From positions 255,270 through 287,269 of the forward strand of contig CAVYHQ010000002.1 of NCBI GenBank assembly GCA_963768385.1: a DNA stretch of 32,000 bases. The letters are read 5' to 3'. The translations under genes were made by a program, and so were the position numbers. The DNA comes from Bryobacterales bacterium (GTDB lineage Bacteria; Acidobacteriota; Terriglobia; Bryobacterales; Bryobacteraceae). The notes under the pieces were generated by a model. The model searched no databases. It worked only from the letters and a program-made list of their open reading frames with translations, and was not told the origin of the DNA. Below are positions 1-9,582 of the stretch, piece after piece. Positions within the stretch are counted from its first letter, which is position 1; each line of letters opens with the position of its first letter.

Positions 1-576
1 CGGATTATCTACTTCAACGCATTCCAGGAGGGCCACCTGTTCTCGCGCTTTTCGATGCGAACCCGCGGCGCGCCGGCTGCCGTCGCGGGCGATTTCCGGC
101 GGATCGTGAACGGCGTGCTGAAGAATGCCGCGGTACAGCGGATCACGACCCTGGAGGATCAAGTGGACGCCGACCTCGTCCCGGAGCGCCTGATCGTCAC
201 GCTCTCGGAGTTGTTCGGCGCGCTGGGTGCGCTGCTGGCGGCCATCGGGCTCTACGGACTGCTCAGCTACGCGGTGACGCGGCGAACCAATGAGATCGGC
301 ATCCGCATGGCCCTGGGAGCGACCGAAAGCGCCGTGTCCCGGATGGTGCTGGGGGATGCGCTGGGGATGGTCTGCGCGGGACTGGCGATCGGAGTGCCCA
401 TGGCGCTGTGGGGCAGGAGCTTCGCCGCGAGTTTGATCCAGGGGCTGCCGGCCAAGAGCGGGATTCCAGTCGTCTTTGGTGCTGTGGCGATGATGGCGGT
501 GGCGCTGGTGGCGGCATATGTGCCGGCACGCCGCGCGGCCCGCGTGGAACCCATGGAAGCTCTGCGATACGATTAG
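1..576 (+). CDS. FtsX/MacB-like ABC-transporter permease (ADOP-type), C-terminal fragment; the 5' end lies upstream of the window
   Basis: Frame +1 is open from base 1 to TAG 574-576. The translation carries the C-terminal FtsX block (TRRTNEIGIRMALGA, several hydrophobic helices, ending YVPARRAARVEPMEALRYD), typical of MacB-like/acidobacterial duplicated orphan permeases. Confidence 0.8.
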   Translation, partial: RIIYFNAFQEGHLFSRFSMRTRGAPAAVAGDFRRIVNGVLKNAAVQRITTLEDQVDADLVPERLIVTLSELFGALGALLAAIGLYGLLSYAVTRRTNEIGIRMALGATESAVSRMVLGDALGMVCAGLAIGVPMALWGRSFAASLIQGLPAKSGIPVVFGAVAMMAVALVAAYVPARRAARVEPMEALRYD

Positions 577-595
577 AGGCGGCCACGAGGGTCTC

Positions 596-2980
596 ATGCG
601 CTACGCCTTCAGGATGATGTGGAAAGCTCCTGCCTTTGCAGCGGCCGCGATGGCTACCATTGCGCTGGGTATCGGCGTCAGCACGGCCATGTTCAGCGTG
701 ACCGACGCGGTGCTCCTGCGGCCGCTTCCGTACAAGAATCAAGGCCGGTTGGTGCTGACCGGCACGATGCTCTCCAACGCCGATTTTTGGGACCTGCGCA
801 ATGGCACCAAGGCGGCGTTCGAGGATATCAGCGCCATCATGGTGTACCGCGCCATCGTGCCACGCGAGGACGGAAGCGCGGAGCGGGTGAGCAAGGGACA
901 GGTAACCACCAACTTCTTCGGCATGATGGGCGCGAAGATCGCGTTCGGCCGCGATTTTACGGACGCCGACGGAAAGCCGCCGGCGCGGATGGAGCCGCTC
1001 TTCCCGCCGCCCGAAGGCGCAGTCGCGATCCTCAGCTTCGAGTACTTCACGCGCCGCTATGGCGGAAATACGGCTATTCTCGGGCACGAGATGCTCAGCT
1101 ACCAGCACGGCCCCAAAATCGTGGGTGTGCTGGCGCCGGGCTTTAAACTATTGCTGGCGGCGGACAGCCCCGATATCTGGATTGCCAACGACCGCGGCTA
1201 CGACGCACCCAACCGGGGCGAGCTGATGCTGCAAGTGATTGGAGCGATGCGGGACGGTGGGACTCTGGAGCAAGCACAGGCTCAAGTGGATAGCGTGGTT
1301 TCGGGTTGGCGGATTCCGCGTTTCCGCGTTGGGCTGAAGCCGTGGCACAAGACACTGGCAGCCGAAGTGCGGCCGGCCCTGGTGGCGTTGATGGGATCGG
1401 TGATTTTTCTGCTGCTGATCGCGTGCGCCAACGTGGCGAATCTCCTGTTGGTGCGGGCATCCATGCGCGGCCGCGAGCTGGGGATACGCGCCGCGCTGGG
1501 AGCCGGATGGCAGCGGATCGCCGGCCAACTGCTGGCCGAGGCCTTGCTGTTGGTGGGATTCGGAACGCTGATGGGCGTGGGCCTGGCATGGGCCGGTGTC
1601 CGTGCACTGCTGGTTTTTGCGCCATCGAATGTGCCGCGGCTGGAGTCGGTTGGAATCGATTGGCGGGTGCTGGCATTTGCAGCGCTGGCGGGTTTGCTGG
1701 AATGCGGCATTCTCGCCGCGATACTGGCGTGGCGCGCTGCCCGGCCCGATGTCATGGGCGCCCTGCGGTATGGGGGGCACACCGGCGGGCTGGCCACTGG
1801 GCGGGTTCTGCGCGATGGCGTGGTGGTCGCCGAAGTGGCTCTCTCGTTCGTGCTGCTGATCGGGTCGGGCCTTATGTTTCGCAGCTTTCTGGAACTGCGG
1901 CGGGTGAATCCAGGCTACGATCCGCACGGGCTGCTGACCTTCCTGCTGATAGGAGATGCCCGAGGATTTCAGCAGCCGCAGCGGCGTCTGGCGTTTCTCG
2001 GCGAAATTGAGGATCGGCTGCGTGCCATACCAGGAGTCGAGAGCGTGGGCGCTTCCCTGGCTCTGCCCCTGGCGGGACGGCCGCTGATGTCCGGGTTGCA
2101 GTGGGGGTCGGAAGGAGCGCGCGAGAATCCCGTTTGGCGCGCCGATCTTTCCGTGGTTCTGCCGGGATACTTCGAGACGCTGCGCACGCGTCTCATCGAA
2201 GGGCGTACCTTCACCGGGAATGACAACGCGCCGGGCCGGAACGTGGCGGTGATCGATGAGTCTCTGGCGGCCAAGGCCTTCCCGAACCAGTCGGCCATCG
2301 GGAAGCGTGTTTTCGTGAACCTCCCGAACCCGGTGTGGCTGGAGGTGGTGGGGGTGGTGGCACACCAGCGGCAGGCTTCGCTGGCCGACGCCGGACGGGA
2401 ACAGATTTACCTCACCGACGGCTTTTTCGGAATCGGCATATCGCGGCACTGGGCGCTGCGCACGGCGGGCGACCCCACGAAGTACGGCGATGCCGTCCGC
2501 GCGGAGATGGCCAAATTTGCCCCGGGCCGGCTGGCGGTGACGGAGATGCAGACGATGGATACCACCGTGGACCGGGCCGAATCGGGAACGCGCTTTCAGT
2601 TTTTCCTGATGGGCGTATTCGCGGCCATCGCGGCGCTGCTGGCAGCGGTGGGTCTGTATGGCGTTTTATCGAGCGTGGTGCGGCAGCGAATGCCGGAGAT
2701 CGGCGTGCGCATGGCGCTGGGCGCCGCACCTTCCGGCATTTTCAAGATGGTGGTGGGGCGAGGGCTGCTTCTGAGCGCCGTGGGAGTGGCGGGCGGCTCG
2801 ATTGCCGCGCTTGTGCTGACGCGTGTGATGAGCGCCATGCTGGTGGGCGTAACGGCCAGCGATCCAGCCACCTTCGCGGCGATGATCGCACTATTTTTCC
2901 TCATTGCGGCAGTGGCATCCTGGGCGCCGGCGCGGCGCGCGGCGGGGCTTGACCCGAACACGACTCTGCGGATGGAGTGA
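596..2980 (+). CDS. ADOP-family (duplicated FtsX domain, MacB-like) ABC-transporter permease
   Basis: ATG 596 gives MRYAFRMMWKAPAFAAAAMATIALGIGVSTAMFSV, a typical ADOP N-terminus and TM1. The track start at 518 would overlap the upstream gene. Two FtsX blocks are present (LLLIACANVANLLLVRA...RELGIRAALGA and MPEIGVRMALGA...WAPARRAAGLDPNTTLRME), separated by large extracytoplasmic domains. Confidence 0.85.
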   Translation: MRYAFRMMWKAPAFAAAAMATIALGIGVSTAMFSVTDAVLLRPLPYKNQGRLVLTGTMLSNADFWDLRNGTKAAFEDISAIMVYRAIVPREDGSAERVSKGQVTTNFFGMMGAKIAFGRDFTDADGKPPARMEPLFPPPEGAVAILSFEYFTRRYGGNTAILGHEMLSYQHGPKIVGVLAPGFKLLLAADSPDIWIANDRGYDAPNRGELMLQVIGAMRDGGTLEQAQAQVDSVVSGWRIPRFRVGLKPWHKTLAAEVRPALVALMGSVIFLLLIACANVANLLLVRASMRGRELGIRAALGAGWQRIAGQLLAEALLLVGFGTLMGVGLAWAGVRALLVFAPSNVPRLESVGIDWRVLAFAALAGLLECGILAAILAWRAARPDVMGALRYGGHTGGLATGRVLRDGVVVAEVALSFVLLIGSGLMFRSFLELRRVNPGYDPHGLLTFLLIGDARGFQQPQRRLAFLGEIEDRLRAIPGVESVGASLALPLAGRPLMSGLQWGSEGARENPVWRADLSVVLPGYFETLRTRLIEGRTFTGNDNAPGRNVAVIDESLAAKAFPNQSAIGKRVFVNLPNPVWLEVVGVVAHQRQASLADAGREQIYLTDGFFGIGISRHWALRTAGDPTKYGDAVRAEMAKFAPGRLAVTEMQTMDTTVDRAESGTRFQFFLMGVFAAIAALLAAVGLYGVLSSVVRQRMPEIGVRMALGAAPSGIFKMVVGRGLLLSAVGVAGGSIAALVLTRVMSAMLVGVTASDPATFAAMIALFFLIAAVASWAPARRAAGLDPNTTLRME

Positions 2981-2991
2981 GACAAGGCCTA

Positions 2992-5094
2992 TCACCGTAA
3001 ATCCACTAAGTAAATGTTGGCAGCAAGGCCTTGGCGTTCGAACACCACCTGATCGCCTCTTGGAGACCAGGCGGGATAGCGTACCATTCCCGAGGGCGAT
3101 TGGAAGTGCGTCAACTGCTGCACATGTCCGGTAGTGCGCGAAACCCAGTAGATGTTCCACAGGCCGTTGCGCAGCCCGGCGAAAACAATTTGATCGCTAT
3201 TGGGCGCCCAATCGTGCAACCAGGAGTGAACCGGCTCATCCAACAGCGTTTGTACCCGGCCGTTCTCCGGAGAGATGAGCACAATGGCGTCAGTCGTTCC
3301 GTGCTCTTCCTCCGCTGCGATCCAACGGCCATCGGGCGACCACCTGGCATATCCGATGCTGCGGTCCCTCGGTGTCAGATCGCGAATCTGGTCGGCGTGC
3401 TCGTCTCCCACCACCACCCTCATTCGTCGCGAAGAAGCGTCGCGAATGTGCGCGACAAGTTTCTTTCCGTCACGGCTCAAGTCGGGGAACTGGACCTTCA
3501 TCTTCCCGACGAGGTGCTGGGGAGGTCCGTGCAAAGGGGAAATCCAGAGGTCCCGGGGCGCACAGAAGTACGCACACCGGCCCTGATCCAGCCAATTCGG
3601 GAACTCGCACGCAGAGCCCTCGGGCGAGATCATCTGTGGGGCGGAGCCATCGGCGTTCGCCACGAATATAGCTACGGGCTCGCCCTGGCGAACCGACGCA
3701 TAAGCCAGCATCGATCCGTCCAATGAGAAATCCGGCTCCGTGTTCCGGGAACTGAGATTCTGCACGAGCGGCCTCGGCTCCCCCCGCGGGGCACCGGACG
3801 GGTCGATACGGACACTCCAGATGCCGCTCTGCTCTATGCGCTGGCTGAACGCCAGGCGTGAACCGTCCCTCGAAAGGGCAATATCGGTTGGCACGGCCGC
3901 GGCTATCGGCATCAACAACTCAGAATCTTGCGCGTGCCAGTCCCGGCCAAGCCGTGTCCGGTATAGACCTTGAACGCTGCTGGCACACCGCGTAGTGAAA
4001 TACAGCGCAGTTCCCGTGAGGGAAGGAGCAAGATTGTTAACGCAGTGGTTTCCCAGGTCGATTTTCCTCGGTTGTCCGGCCCACGCGTCCATCAGCCAGA
4101 TGCCTCCGTTTGCAAGAAACAGAATGTGCCGTCCATCGCCCAGCCAGCGGGCATTGGAATGAACTGCCACCGGGTCGCCAGGATAGGTCAGTTGGTGGGC
4201 AACGCCGCCTTCAGCCGCCACCGACATCACGTAGTTAGCAGTGGAAGGCGGGGCAAAACGATTGACCTGCAACACCGTTTCCACGTTGAACGGAGAATAG
4301 ATCAGCGTCCGGCCGTCAGGCGACCATTGCGGTCCACTTCCGCTGTCCGACAAATACCGCACGGCTCCACCGGAAACCGGCATGACGACGATTCCGCCGC
4401 GCGCCTGGAAAGAGCAGGCTAGGTACTGGCCATCGGGGCTCCAGGCGGGTTGAATGACGTCCTGGCCGCCGAAAGTGATCTGGCGCTCGGCGCTCCCCGG
4501 CGCCAGGGAGCGGATATAGAGTTCAAAATGACCGGTGCGGTTCGAACTAAAGGCGATCTGGCCGCCGTCCGGCGAAAAGGAGGGAAACAGGTCGGCGGCG
4601 CCGGAGTTGGTGAGCTGCCGCACAGCGCGGATGGCGCCCGCGGTTTTCATGTTTGGCTGGCGCAACCGCCAAACAGCGATCCCCACAAGAACGAGCAGTA
4701 TAGCTGTGGCAGCCAGCAACCGGCCCGGAAACCGTGGTGTGTCCACGGGCTGCGCAGCCAGATCAGCGGCTTCCACATTCGCAATGAAACGGTAACCGGC
4801 AGTGGCGGCGGTTTCGATGTATCGGGGGTAGTGAGCATCATCGCCGAGCTGCTTGCGAAGCTGGGCAATGACGCGCGTAAGGACAAACTCGGTCACGAAA
4901 GCGCCCGCCCAAATGTGAGCGATCAACTCCTCTTTGGTGACCACCCGGTCGCGATTCTCTATCAGGTGGAAAAGAACGCGCATCGCCTTAGGTTCCAAGG
5001 CGACTACACGACCGCCCCGCCGGACTTCGAGACGTTTGGGATCCGCAGTGAATTCCCCAAACTGGTAGACCGGGGCCGGTTTCGGCGCCATCAC
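2992..5094 (-). CDS. Membrane-anchored winged-helix (OmpR/CadC-type) transcriptional regulator with a TolB/PD40-like beta-propeller sensor domain
   Basis: The N-terminus is YQFGEFTADPKRLEVRRGG...EPKAMRVLFHLIENRDRVVTKEELIAHIW...YIETAATAGYRF (trans_reg_C type wHTH). One TM helix follows (LLAATAILLVLVGIAVW). After it come repeated PD40-like blades (FSPDG, WSPDG x3, LSRDG x2, FSLDG, WSPRG). The codon at 5094 is GTG, with ATG next at 5091. Confidence 0.85.
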   Translation of the reverse strand: MMAPKPAPVYQFGEFTADPKRLEVRRGGRVVALEPKAMRVLFHLIENRDRVVTKEELIAHIWAGAFVTEFVLTRVIAQLRKQLGDDAHYPRYIETAATAGYRFIANVEAADLAAQPVDTPRFPGRLLAATAILLVLVGIAVWRLRQPNMKTAGAIRAVRQLTNSGAADLFPSFSPDGGQIAFSSNRTGHFELYIRSLAPGSAERQITFGGQDVIQPAWSPDGQYLACSFQARGGIVVMPVSGGAVRYLSDSGSGPQWSPDGRTLIYSPFNVETVLQVNRFAPPSTANYVMSVAAEGGVAHQLTYPGDPVAVHSNARWLGDGRHILFLANGGIWLMDAWAGQPRKIDLGNHCVNNLAPSLTGTALYFTTRCASSVQGLYRTRLGRDWHAQDSELLMPIAAAVPTDIALSRDGSRLAFSQRIEQSGIWSVRIDPSGAPRGEPRPLVQNLSSRNTEPDFSLDGSMLAYASVRQGEPVAIFVANADGSAPQMISPEGSACEFPNWLDQGRCAYFCAPRDLWISPLHGPPQHLVGKMKVQFPDLSRDGKKLVAHIRDASSRRMRVVVGDEHADQIRDLTPRDRSIGYARWSPDGRWIAAEEEHGTTDAIVLISPENGRVQTLLDEPVHSWLHDWAPNSDQIVFAGLRNGLWNIYWVSRTTGHVQQLTHFQSPSGMVRYPAWSPRGDQVVFERQGLAANIYLVDLR

Positions 5095-5193
5095 AGGCTA
5101 TCTGCCTCCGATAATCCAGACCATCATATCCTATTACAAAACCATCTGAATTCCATCAGGATTCTCATCCGACGCGCCGCGTAGACTGCGGCC

Positions 5194-6036
5194 ATGATTC
5201 GGTCAATCGTGTACGCCATGTGGCTTGCGGGTTACGCGTTGGCTGGCAGCCCGGCCATGAAGAACGGGTCCAAAGTCGCCCTGGTGGATGGGTATGCCTT
5301 TGTGCAGGTGGTGATCAACCATCGAGGTCCCTTCCGGATGCTCATCGATAGCGGCGCCACCTCATGCGCCATGACGCCGGACGCCGGCCGGACCGCGGGG
5401 TTGGTTTACGACCATCAGGTTCTGTTGAACGCGGCAACCGGCAACGAACGCCCTATTCCGGCCGCTTACGCCACTGTCCGCGTTGCATCAGTCGAAGCCG
5501 ATTCGGTCGAGGTGTTGGCCGACCGGCTCGAAGGCGCCCAGAAACTCAACACCAAAGTGGACGGCGTCCTGGGACAGAGCTTCCTGGGCCGCTTCCCATA
5601 TCTGGTTGATTACCGGCGCAAGCGGCTTCTGCTGGGTGACGATGCAAGGCGGGCGTCCGTCCGGTTGGGTCCGGAAGTCGCGGTCACGCAGGCGTGTGGC
5701 CGGATTATCGTGGCCGTCAGGCTCGATCCGGAAATGCAACTATGGCGAGTGATCCTGGACATGGGAGCAAGCGGCCTGATCTTGCAATGCGGCAGCCAAT
5801 GCCCTCAACTCGGCGGCCTGAAGAACGCCGGCCGGATTGTGACCAATGCTGGCGACTGGCCGGTACGGCGTGGCAGGACGGCGCGACTGGAAGTCGGCGG
5901 CCTGGCCATTAGCCATGCCGAGGTCTACCTGGTGGACATGCCGGCGCTCGCCGATCATGATGGCATGCTCCCCGCCCGTTGGTTTTCGGCTGTTTACGTC
6001 GATGCCGGGCGCAACGTGGTGCGGCTGGCGCGCTGA
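5194..6036 (+). CDS. Retropepsin-like aspartic protease with two tandem half-domains (secreted or anchored)
   Basis: The N-terminus is hydrophobic (MIRSIVYAMWLAGYALAG). The first half has FRMLIDSGATSC (D-S-G catalytic motif) plus VDGVLGQSFLGRFPYLVDYRRKRLLL. The second half has WRVILDMGASGLIL (D-M-G, degenerate) plus HDGMLPARWF..VYVDAGRNVVRL. Confidence 0.7.
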   Translation: MIRSIVYAMWLAGYALAGSPAMKNGSKVALVDGYAFVQVVINHRGPFRMLIDSGATSCAMTPDAGRTAGLVYDHQVLLNAATGNERPIPAAYATVRVASVEADSVEVLADRLEGAQKLNTKVDGVLGQSFLGRFPYLVDYRRKRLLLGDDARRASVRLGPEVAVTQACGRIIVAVRLDPEMQLWRVILDMGASGLILQCGSQCPQLGGLKNAGRIVTNAGDWPVRRGRTARLEVGGLAISHAEVYLVDMPALADHDGMLPARWFSAVYVDAGRNVVRLAR

Positions 6037-6081
6037 GGTCAAGTCCTTTCATACCGGCCAATCCTCAGGGAGGGGTGGCAG

Positions 6082-6951
6082 CTAATGCAGGAGAGGTACG
6101 AAACGCGTTGGGAAGCTCTCAAAAAAATGCGTCTGTCCCCTTTTCGAAACGACGCGCGAATCCACCTGGAACTTCTTATAGTCGCTGAAGGTGATGACGA
6201 GTTCTTCGTGCAGGCTCTTGATGAGCGCGATCCGCGCCGAACCCCGCAGCGTCACGCGCTTCAGCAGCCACACCTCCTGGTTGATGTGCGCCTGCTCGAT
6301 GGTCAGACGGCTGCCCTTCGCGAGGCGCACCAGGAAGCCGGCGAAGGAGATGGTGTCCAGAGTTTCCACCTCTACCCTGGCCCAACGGTAGTCTTTCTTA
6401 TCGATCCAGAACCGCGCCTTCACCTTGGGGAAGTAGGCCGCCGAAGGCAGTTTCGGCTTGTAACCAGGCTTGGGTGTGGCGTCGATCACGTAAACCTCGC
6501 CACTGGGGAGCGCTTCCTCCCCGATCAGCCGGAAATCGAACCCGTCCGGCAGCTCTCTCAGGGGCTCGCGTTGGCGCTCCTGCCTGCGCTCCCAATCCGC
6601 AATCCGGCGCCTGCGCTCCTCCGCGGTTTCCTTACGCCGCTGCTCGATGCTCCTGCGCAGCTTGTCTTCCTCTTTCTTTTGCTCCTTGGGCGAGAGCGGC
6701 TGGTCGTCGCGCGCCACCAGGCGGCGATAGGGAGATCCCTCCAGCAAAGTCACATCCCAGGTTTGAATCTGAGTGCTCTTGACCTTGCCGGAGCCGTCCA
6801 GTTCGCGGTCCTCGTGGCGCTCGAGATAGGTGTAGCTGCGGGCGATTTCGGCGTTCTTCCGGTCGATCTCGACGGAGCGCCGCACGATTTCGCGCAGGTC
6901 TTGCGCCGCGAGGATGGCGGGCAGACAAACAATCAGACTGAAGATGCGCAC
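6082..6951 (-). CDS. Hypothetical secreted protein with a charged Lys/Glu/Arg-rich central segment
   Basis: A GTG start at 6951 gives the signal peptide MRIFSLIVCLPAILAAQD. GC3-rich codon usage on this strand favours it over the equal-length mirror ORF on the + strand. It overlaps the purA 3' end by 19 nt. No family was recognised with confidence. Confidence 0.65.
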   Translation of the reverse strand: MRIFSLIVCLPAILAAQDLREIVRRSVEIDRKNAEIARSYTYLERHEDRELDGSGKVKSTQIQTWDVTLLEGSPYRRLVARDDQPLSPKEQKKEEDKLRRSIEQRRKETAEERRRRIADWERRQERQREPLRELPDGFDFRLIGEEALPSGEVYVIDATPKPGYKPKLPSAAYFPKVKARFWIDKKDYRWARVEVETLDTISFAGFLVRLAKGSRLTIEQAHINQEVWLLKRVTLRGSARIALIKSLHEELVITFSDYKKFQVDSRVVSKRGQTHFFESFPTRFVPLLH

Positions 6952-8234
6952 TGAACCAGCTTCTCGAAACGGGAGCCGGGCCGGACAATGGTCTGGTTGC
7001 GCTCGGGTCCGGTGGAGATGCAGCCCACTTCCACGCCCGTCCGGCTCTCCAGAAACGCCAGGTAATGCCTGGCCTTCTCCGGCAAGTCGTGGTACGAAGA
7101 GACGCCGAACGTAGCGGCTCTCCAGCCGGGCAGGGATTCGTACACCGGCTCGACCTGTTCGATTTCCGCCACGGTGGGCGGCATTTCCGCCACTTCCTGC
7201 TGGCCCGAGCGGTAGCCCGTGCAGACCGGAATGCTGTCGAGCTCGTCCAGCACATCGAGCTTGGTCACCACCAGGCTGTCGAATCCGTTGATGGCGGCGG
7301 TGTAGCGCAGCAGCGGAACGTCGAACCAGCCGCAGCGGCGCGGCCGGCCGGTGACGGCGCCGAATTCGTTGCCGCGCTGGCGAATCATGTCGCCCGTGGC
7401 ATCCAGGGCTTCGGTGGGAAACGGTCCGCCGCCCACGCGCGTAATGTACGCCTTGGAAACGCCGATTACGCCGCTGATGCGGGTGGGCGCCACGCCTGTG
7501 CCGGTGCAGGCGCCGCCCGCGCTGGCGCTGGAGGAGGTCACGAACGGGTAGGTTCCATGGTCGATATCGAGCATGGTGCCCTGGGCGCCCTCGAAGAGCA
7601 CGGTCTTTCCGTCGCGGATGGCCTGGTTCAACAGGATGGCGGTATCGCGCACCATGGGCCGGATGCGCTCCGCGAAGGTTTCGTATTCGTCGCGGATGCG
7701 CCGCAGATCCAGGTCTTGGTAGATGCCGAGGGCCCTGGCGATGGCGACTTTCTGTTCCATCACGGAGTCGTATTGGGCGCGGAAAACCACTGGGTTGAGC
7801 AGGTCGGCGATGCGAACGCCGCGCCGCCCCACCTTATCCTCGTAGCAAGGGCCGATGCCGCGGGACGTGGTGCCGATGGAAACGGACAGCTTCTCCATCA
7901 TGCGGTGCACCGGAAACAACACGTGCGCGCGGTTGCTGATGAAGAGGTTGCCCCTCACCTGGACACCGGCGGACTCGAGGGCGTCGATTTCGGCGAGCAG
8001 GGCGGCGGGATCGATGACCAGGCCATTGCCGATCACGGCCTTCTTGCCGGGGTGCAGAATCCCGCTGGGAACCAGCTTCAGAACGAACTTCCGATCGCCG
8101 ACGACCACGGTGTGGCCGGCGTTGTGCCCGCCCTGATAGCGCGCCACGATGTCGAAGCGGGCGGAGAAGAGATCGACGATCTTGCCTTTGCCCTCGTCTC
8201 CCCACTGCGACCCCAGGATAATGACGTTTCCCAT
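6933..8234 (-). CDS. purA: Adenylosuccinate synthase
   Basis: ATG 8234 gives MGNVIILGSQWGDEGKGKIVD (canonical PurA P-loop N-terminus). Further PurA motifs are present: GGHNAGHTV, TTSRGIGPCYEDK, GAQGTMLDIDHGTYPFVTSS, FGAVTGRPRRCGW. The ATG at 8249 adds 5 non-conserved residues. Confidence 0.95.
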   Translation of the reverse strand: MGNVIILGSQWGDEGKGKIVDLFSARFDIVARYQGGHNAGHTVVVGDRKFVLKLVPSGILHPGKKAVIGNGLVIDPAALLAEIDALESAGVQVRGNLFISNRAHVLFPVHRMMEKLSVSIGTTSRGIGPCYEDKVGRRGVRIADLLNPVVFRAQYDSVMEQKVAIARALGIYQDLDLRRIRDEYETFAERIRPMVRDTAILLNQAIRDGKTVLFEGAQGTMLDIDHGTYPFVTSSSASAGGACTGTGVAPTRISGVIGVSKAYITRVGGGPFPTEALDATGDMIRQRGNEFGAVTGRPRRCGWFDVPLLRYTAAINGFDSLVVTKLDVLDELDSIPVCTGYRSGQQEVAEMPPTVAEIEQVEPVYESLPGWRAATFGVSSYHDLPEKARHYLAFLESRTGVEVGCISTGPERNQTIVRPGSRFEKLVQCASSV

Positions 8235-8349
8235 TTTGAACAAACCCATTCATTTTACCGTAGTCAGGCGGTTGCGCTACACTACCTTTGCATACTGCGG
8301 ATTCAGCCTGCGCGAGCAGGGGGCGGCGCGGCACGGCAAAGGAGCTGGA

Positions 8350-9552
8350 TTGACTCGCCAGACGGGGGTGGATGGCAAGTTGAAGGCGACGGGATCGAAG
8401 CGCATCCAGGCCGCCTCGAGCGAGGTAGTTCGCGATATCAACCGGCGAATCGTCCTGAACCTGATCAGGACGCGGCATCCCATTTCGCGCGCCGACCTGG
8501 CTCGTGTTTGCGGGTTACAGCGGAGCACCATTTCCCTGATCGTGGAACAACTGATCGCGGAGCATTGGGTGGTGGAAGGTCCCACCGGCCGGCTGCCGCG
8601 AGGGCGGCGTCCGACGTTCCTGCGGCTGAACGACGAGCGCGTCATTATCGGCGTGGACATTCGCCCGACACAGACCACGGTGGCCCTGGCAGACGCCAAC
8701 GGCAAGTTCACTTCTCGCGAAGTGCTGGCCACGCCTTCGGACCCAGAACCAGCGGTGGAGGAGCTGATTCAATGCATCCGCCGCATCATGGCTTCCTGCC
8801 GGGGGAAGAAGATCGAAGGCATAGGAATCAGCCTGCCCGGCCGTTTCGATCACCGCTCGGAAAGACTGGTTTTCGCACCCAACCTCAAGTGGCGCGAGTT
8901 CGATATTCGCAATCCCATCATGGAAGCCACGGGCCTGGAAGTGGAGCTGGAAAACGCCGCCAACGCCTGTGTTCTGGCGACGGTCTGGTTCGATCACATG
9001 GAAGAGGGGCGTAACCTGGTGGCGATCACGGTTTCCGAGGGGATCGGCACGGGAATCCTGGTGAACGGGCAACTGGTGCGCGGCCTGCATGGAATGGCCG
9101 GCGAGTTTGGCCACGTGCCGCTGGATTCGAAAGGCCCGGTCTGCGGTTGCGGCAGCCGTGGCTGCTGGGAAGTATTCGCCTCGAATCGGGCGGCCCTGCG
9201 TTACTACCTGGAAGAAGGTGCGGCGGCTGGGGGCTTGAGCTTCACCGATCTGCTCAGTCTCGCCGACCAGGGTGACAAGCGGGCGGTCAAGGCTCTGGAG
9301 ACCATGGCGCACTACCTGGGGCGCGGGATGCGGATGATCGTGGCGGGACTTGCGCCCGAGCGGATCGTGGTAGTGGGCGACCTCACGCGGTCCTGGCATC
9401 GCTTCGGGCCGGTGATTGAAGCCGAAGTCCAGGCCCAGGTGCTGCCGGGCGGCCTCGCCCCGCGCGTGGTCCCGGCGCACGAAGACGGCATGGCCCGTCT
9501 GCGCGGCACCGTGGCCCTGATATTGCAGAAAGACTTCGGCGAGTACGTGTAG
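8350..9552 (+). CDS. ROK-family transcriptional repressor (NagC/XylR-like)
   Basis: It has an N-terminal wHTH (RRIVLNLIRTRHPISRADLARVCGLQRSTISLIVEQLI), a ROK sugar-kinase fold and the Zn motif GHVPLD...CGCGSRGCWE. The track start at 8149 overlaps purA on the opposite strand. TTG 8350 is preceded by AAGGAG (8339-8344). The start is uncertain; GTG 8368 is an alternative. Confidence 0.8.
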   Translation: MTRQTGVDGKLKATGSKRIQAASSEVVRDINRRIVLNLIRTRHPISRADLARVCGLQRSTISLIVEQLIAEHWVVEGPTGRLPRGRRPTFLRLNDERVIIGVDIRPTQTTVALADANGKFTSREVLATPSDPEPAVEELIQCIRRIMASCRGKKIEGIGISLPGRFDHRSERLVFAPNLKWREFDIRNPIMEATGLEVELENAANACVLATVWFDHMEEGRNLVAITVSEGIGTGILVNGQLVRGLHGMAGEFGHVPLDSKGPVCGCGSRGCWEVFASNRAALRYYLEEGAAAGGLSFTDLLSLADQGDKRAVKALETMAHYLGRGMRMIVAGLAPERIVVVGDLTRSWHRFGPVIEAEVQAQVLPGGLAPRVVPAHEDGMARLRGTVALILQKDFGEYV

Positions 9553-9582
9553 GTCCGCCGCGGCCGGCCGCCTTTTCGATCC

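Noticed and set aside
263-2449. Minus-strand ORFs 263-1108 (281 aa) and 1148-2449 (433 aa)
   Set aside because: They are antisense to the two ADOP permease genes and show no recognisable motifs.
6085-6954. 289-aa + strand mirror ORF, equal in length to the minus-strand gene 6082-6951
   Set aside because: The minus-strand frame has a signal peptide and GC3-rich codons. The + frame has neither. Only one of the two can reasonably be real.
7065-9014. 649-aa + strand ORF
   Set aside because: It runs antisense through purA (strong homology on the minus strand) and out of frame with the ROK gene. Its composition is the Arg/Gly/Ala-rich pattern typical of spurious ORFs in high-GC DNA.
9560-9578. 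GCGG-CCGG-CCGC followed by CTTTTC after the ROK gene
   Set aside because: It has only a 4-bp stem and a short interrupted T-run, which is too weak to call a terminator.
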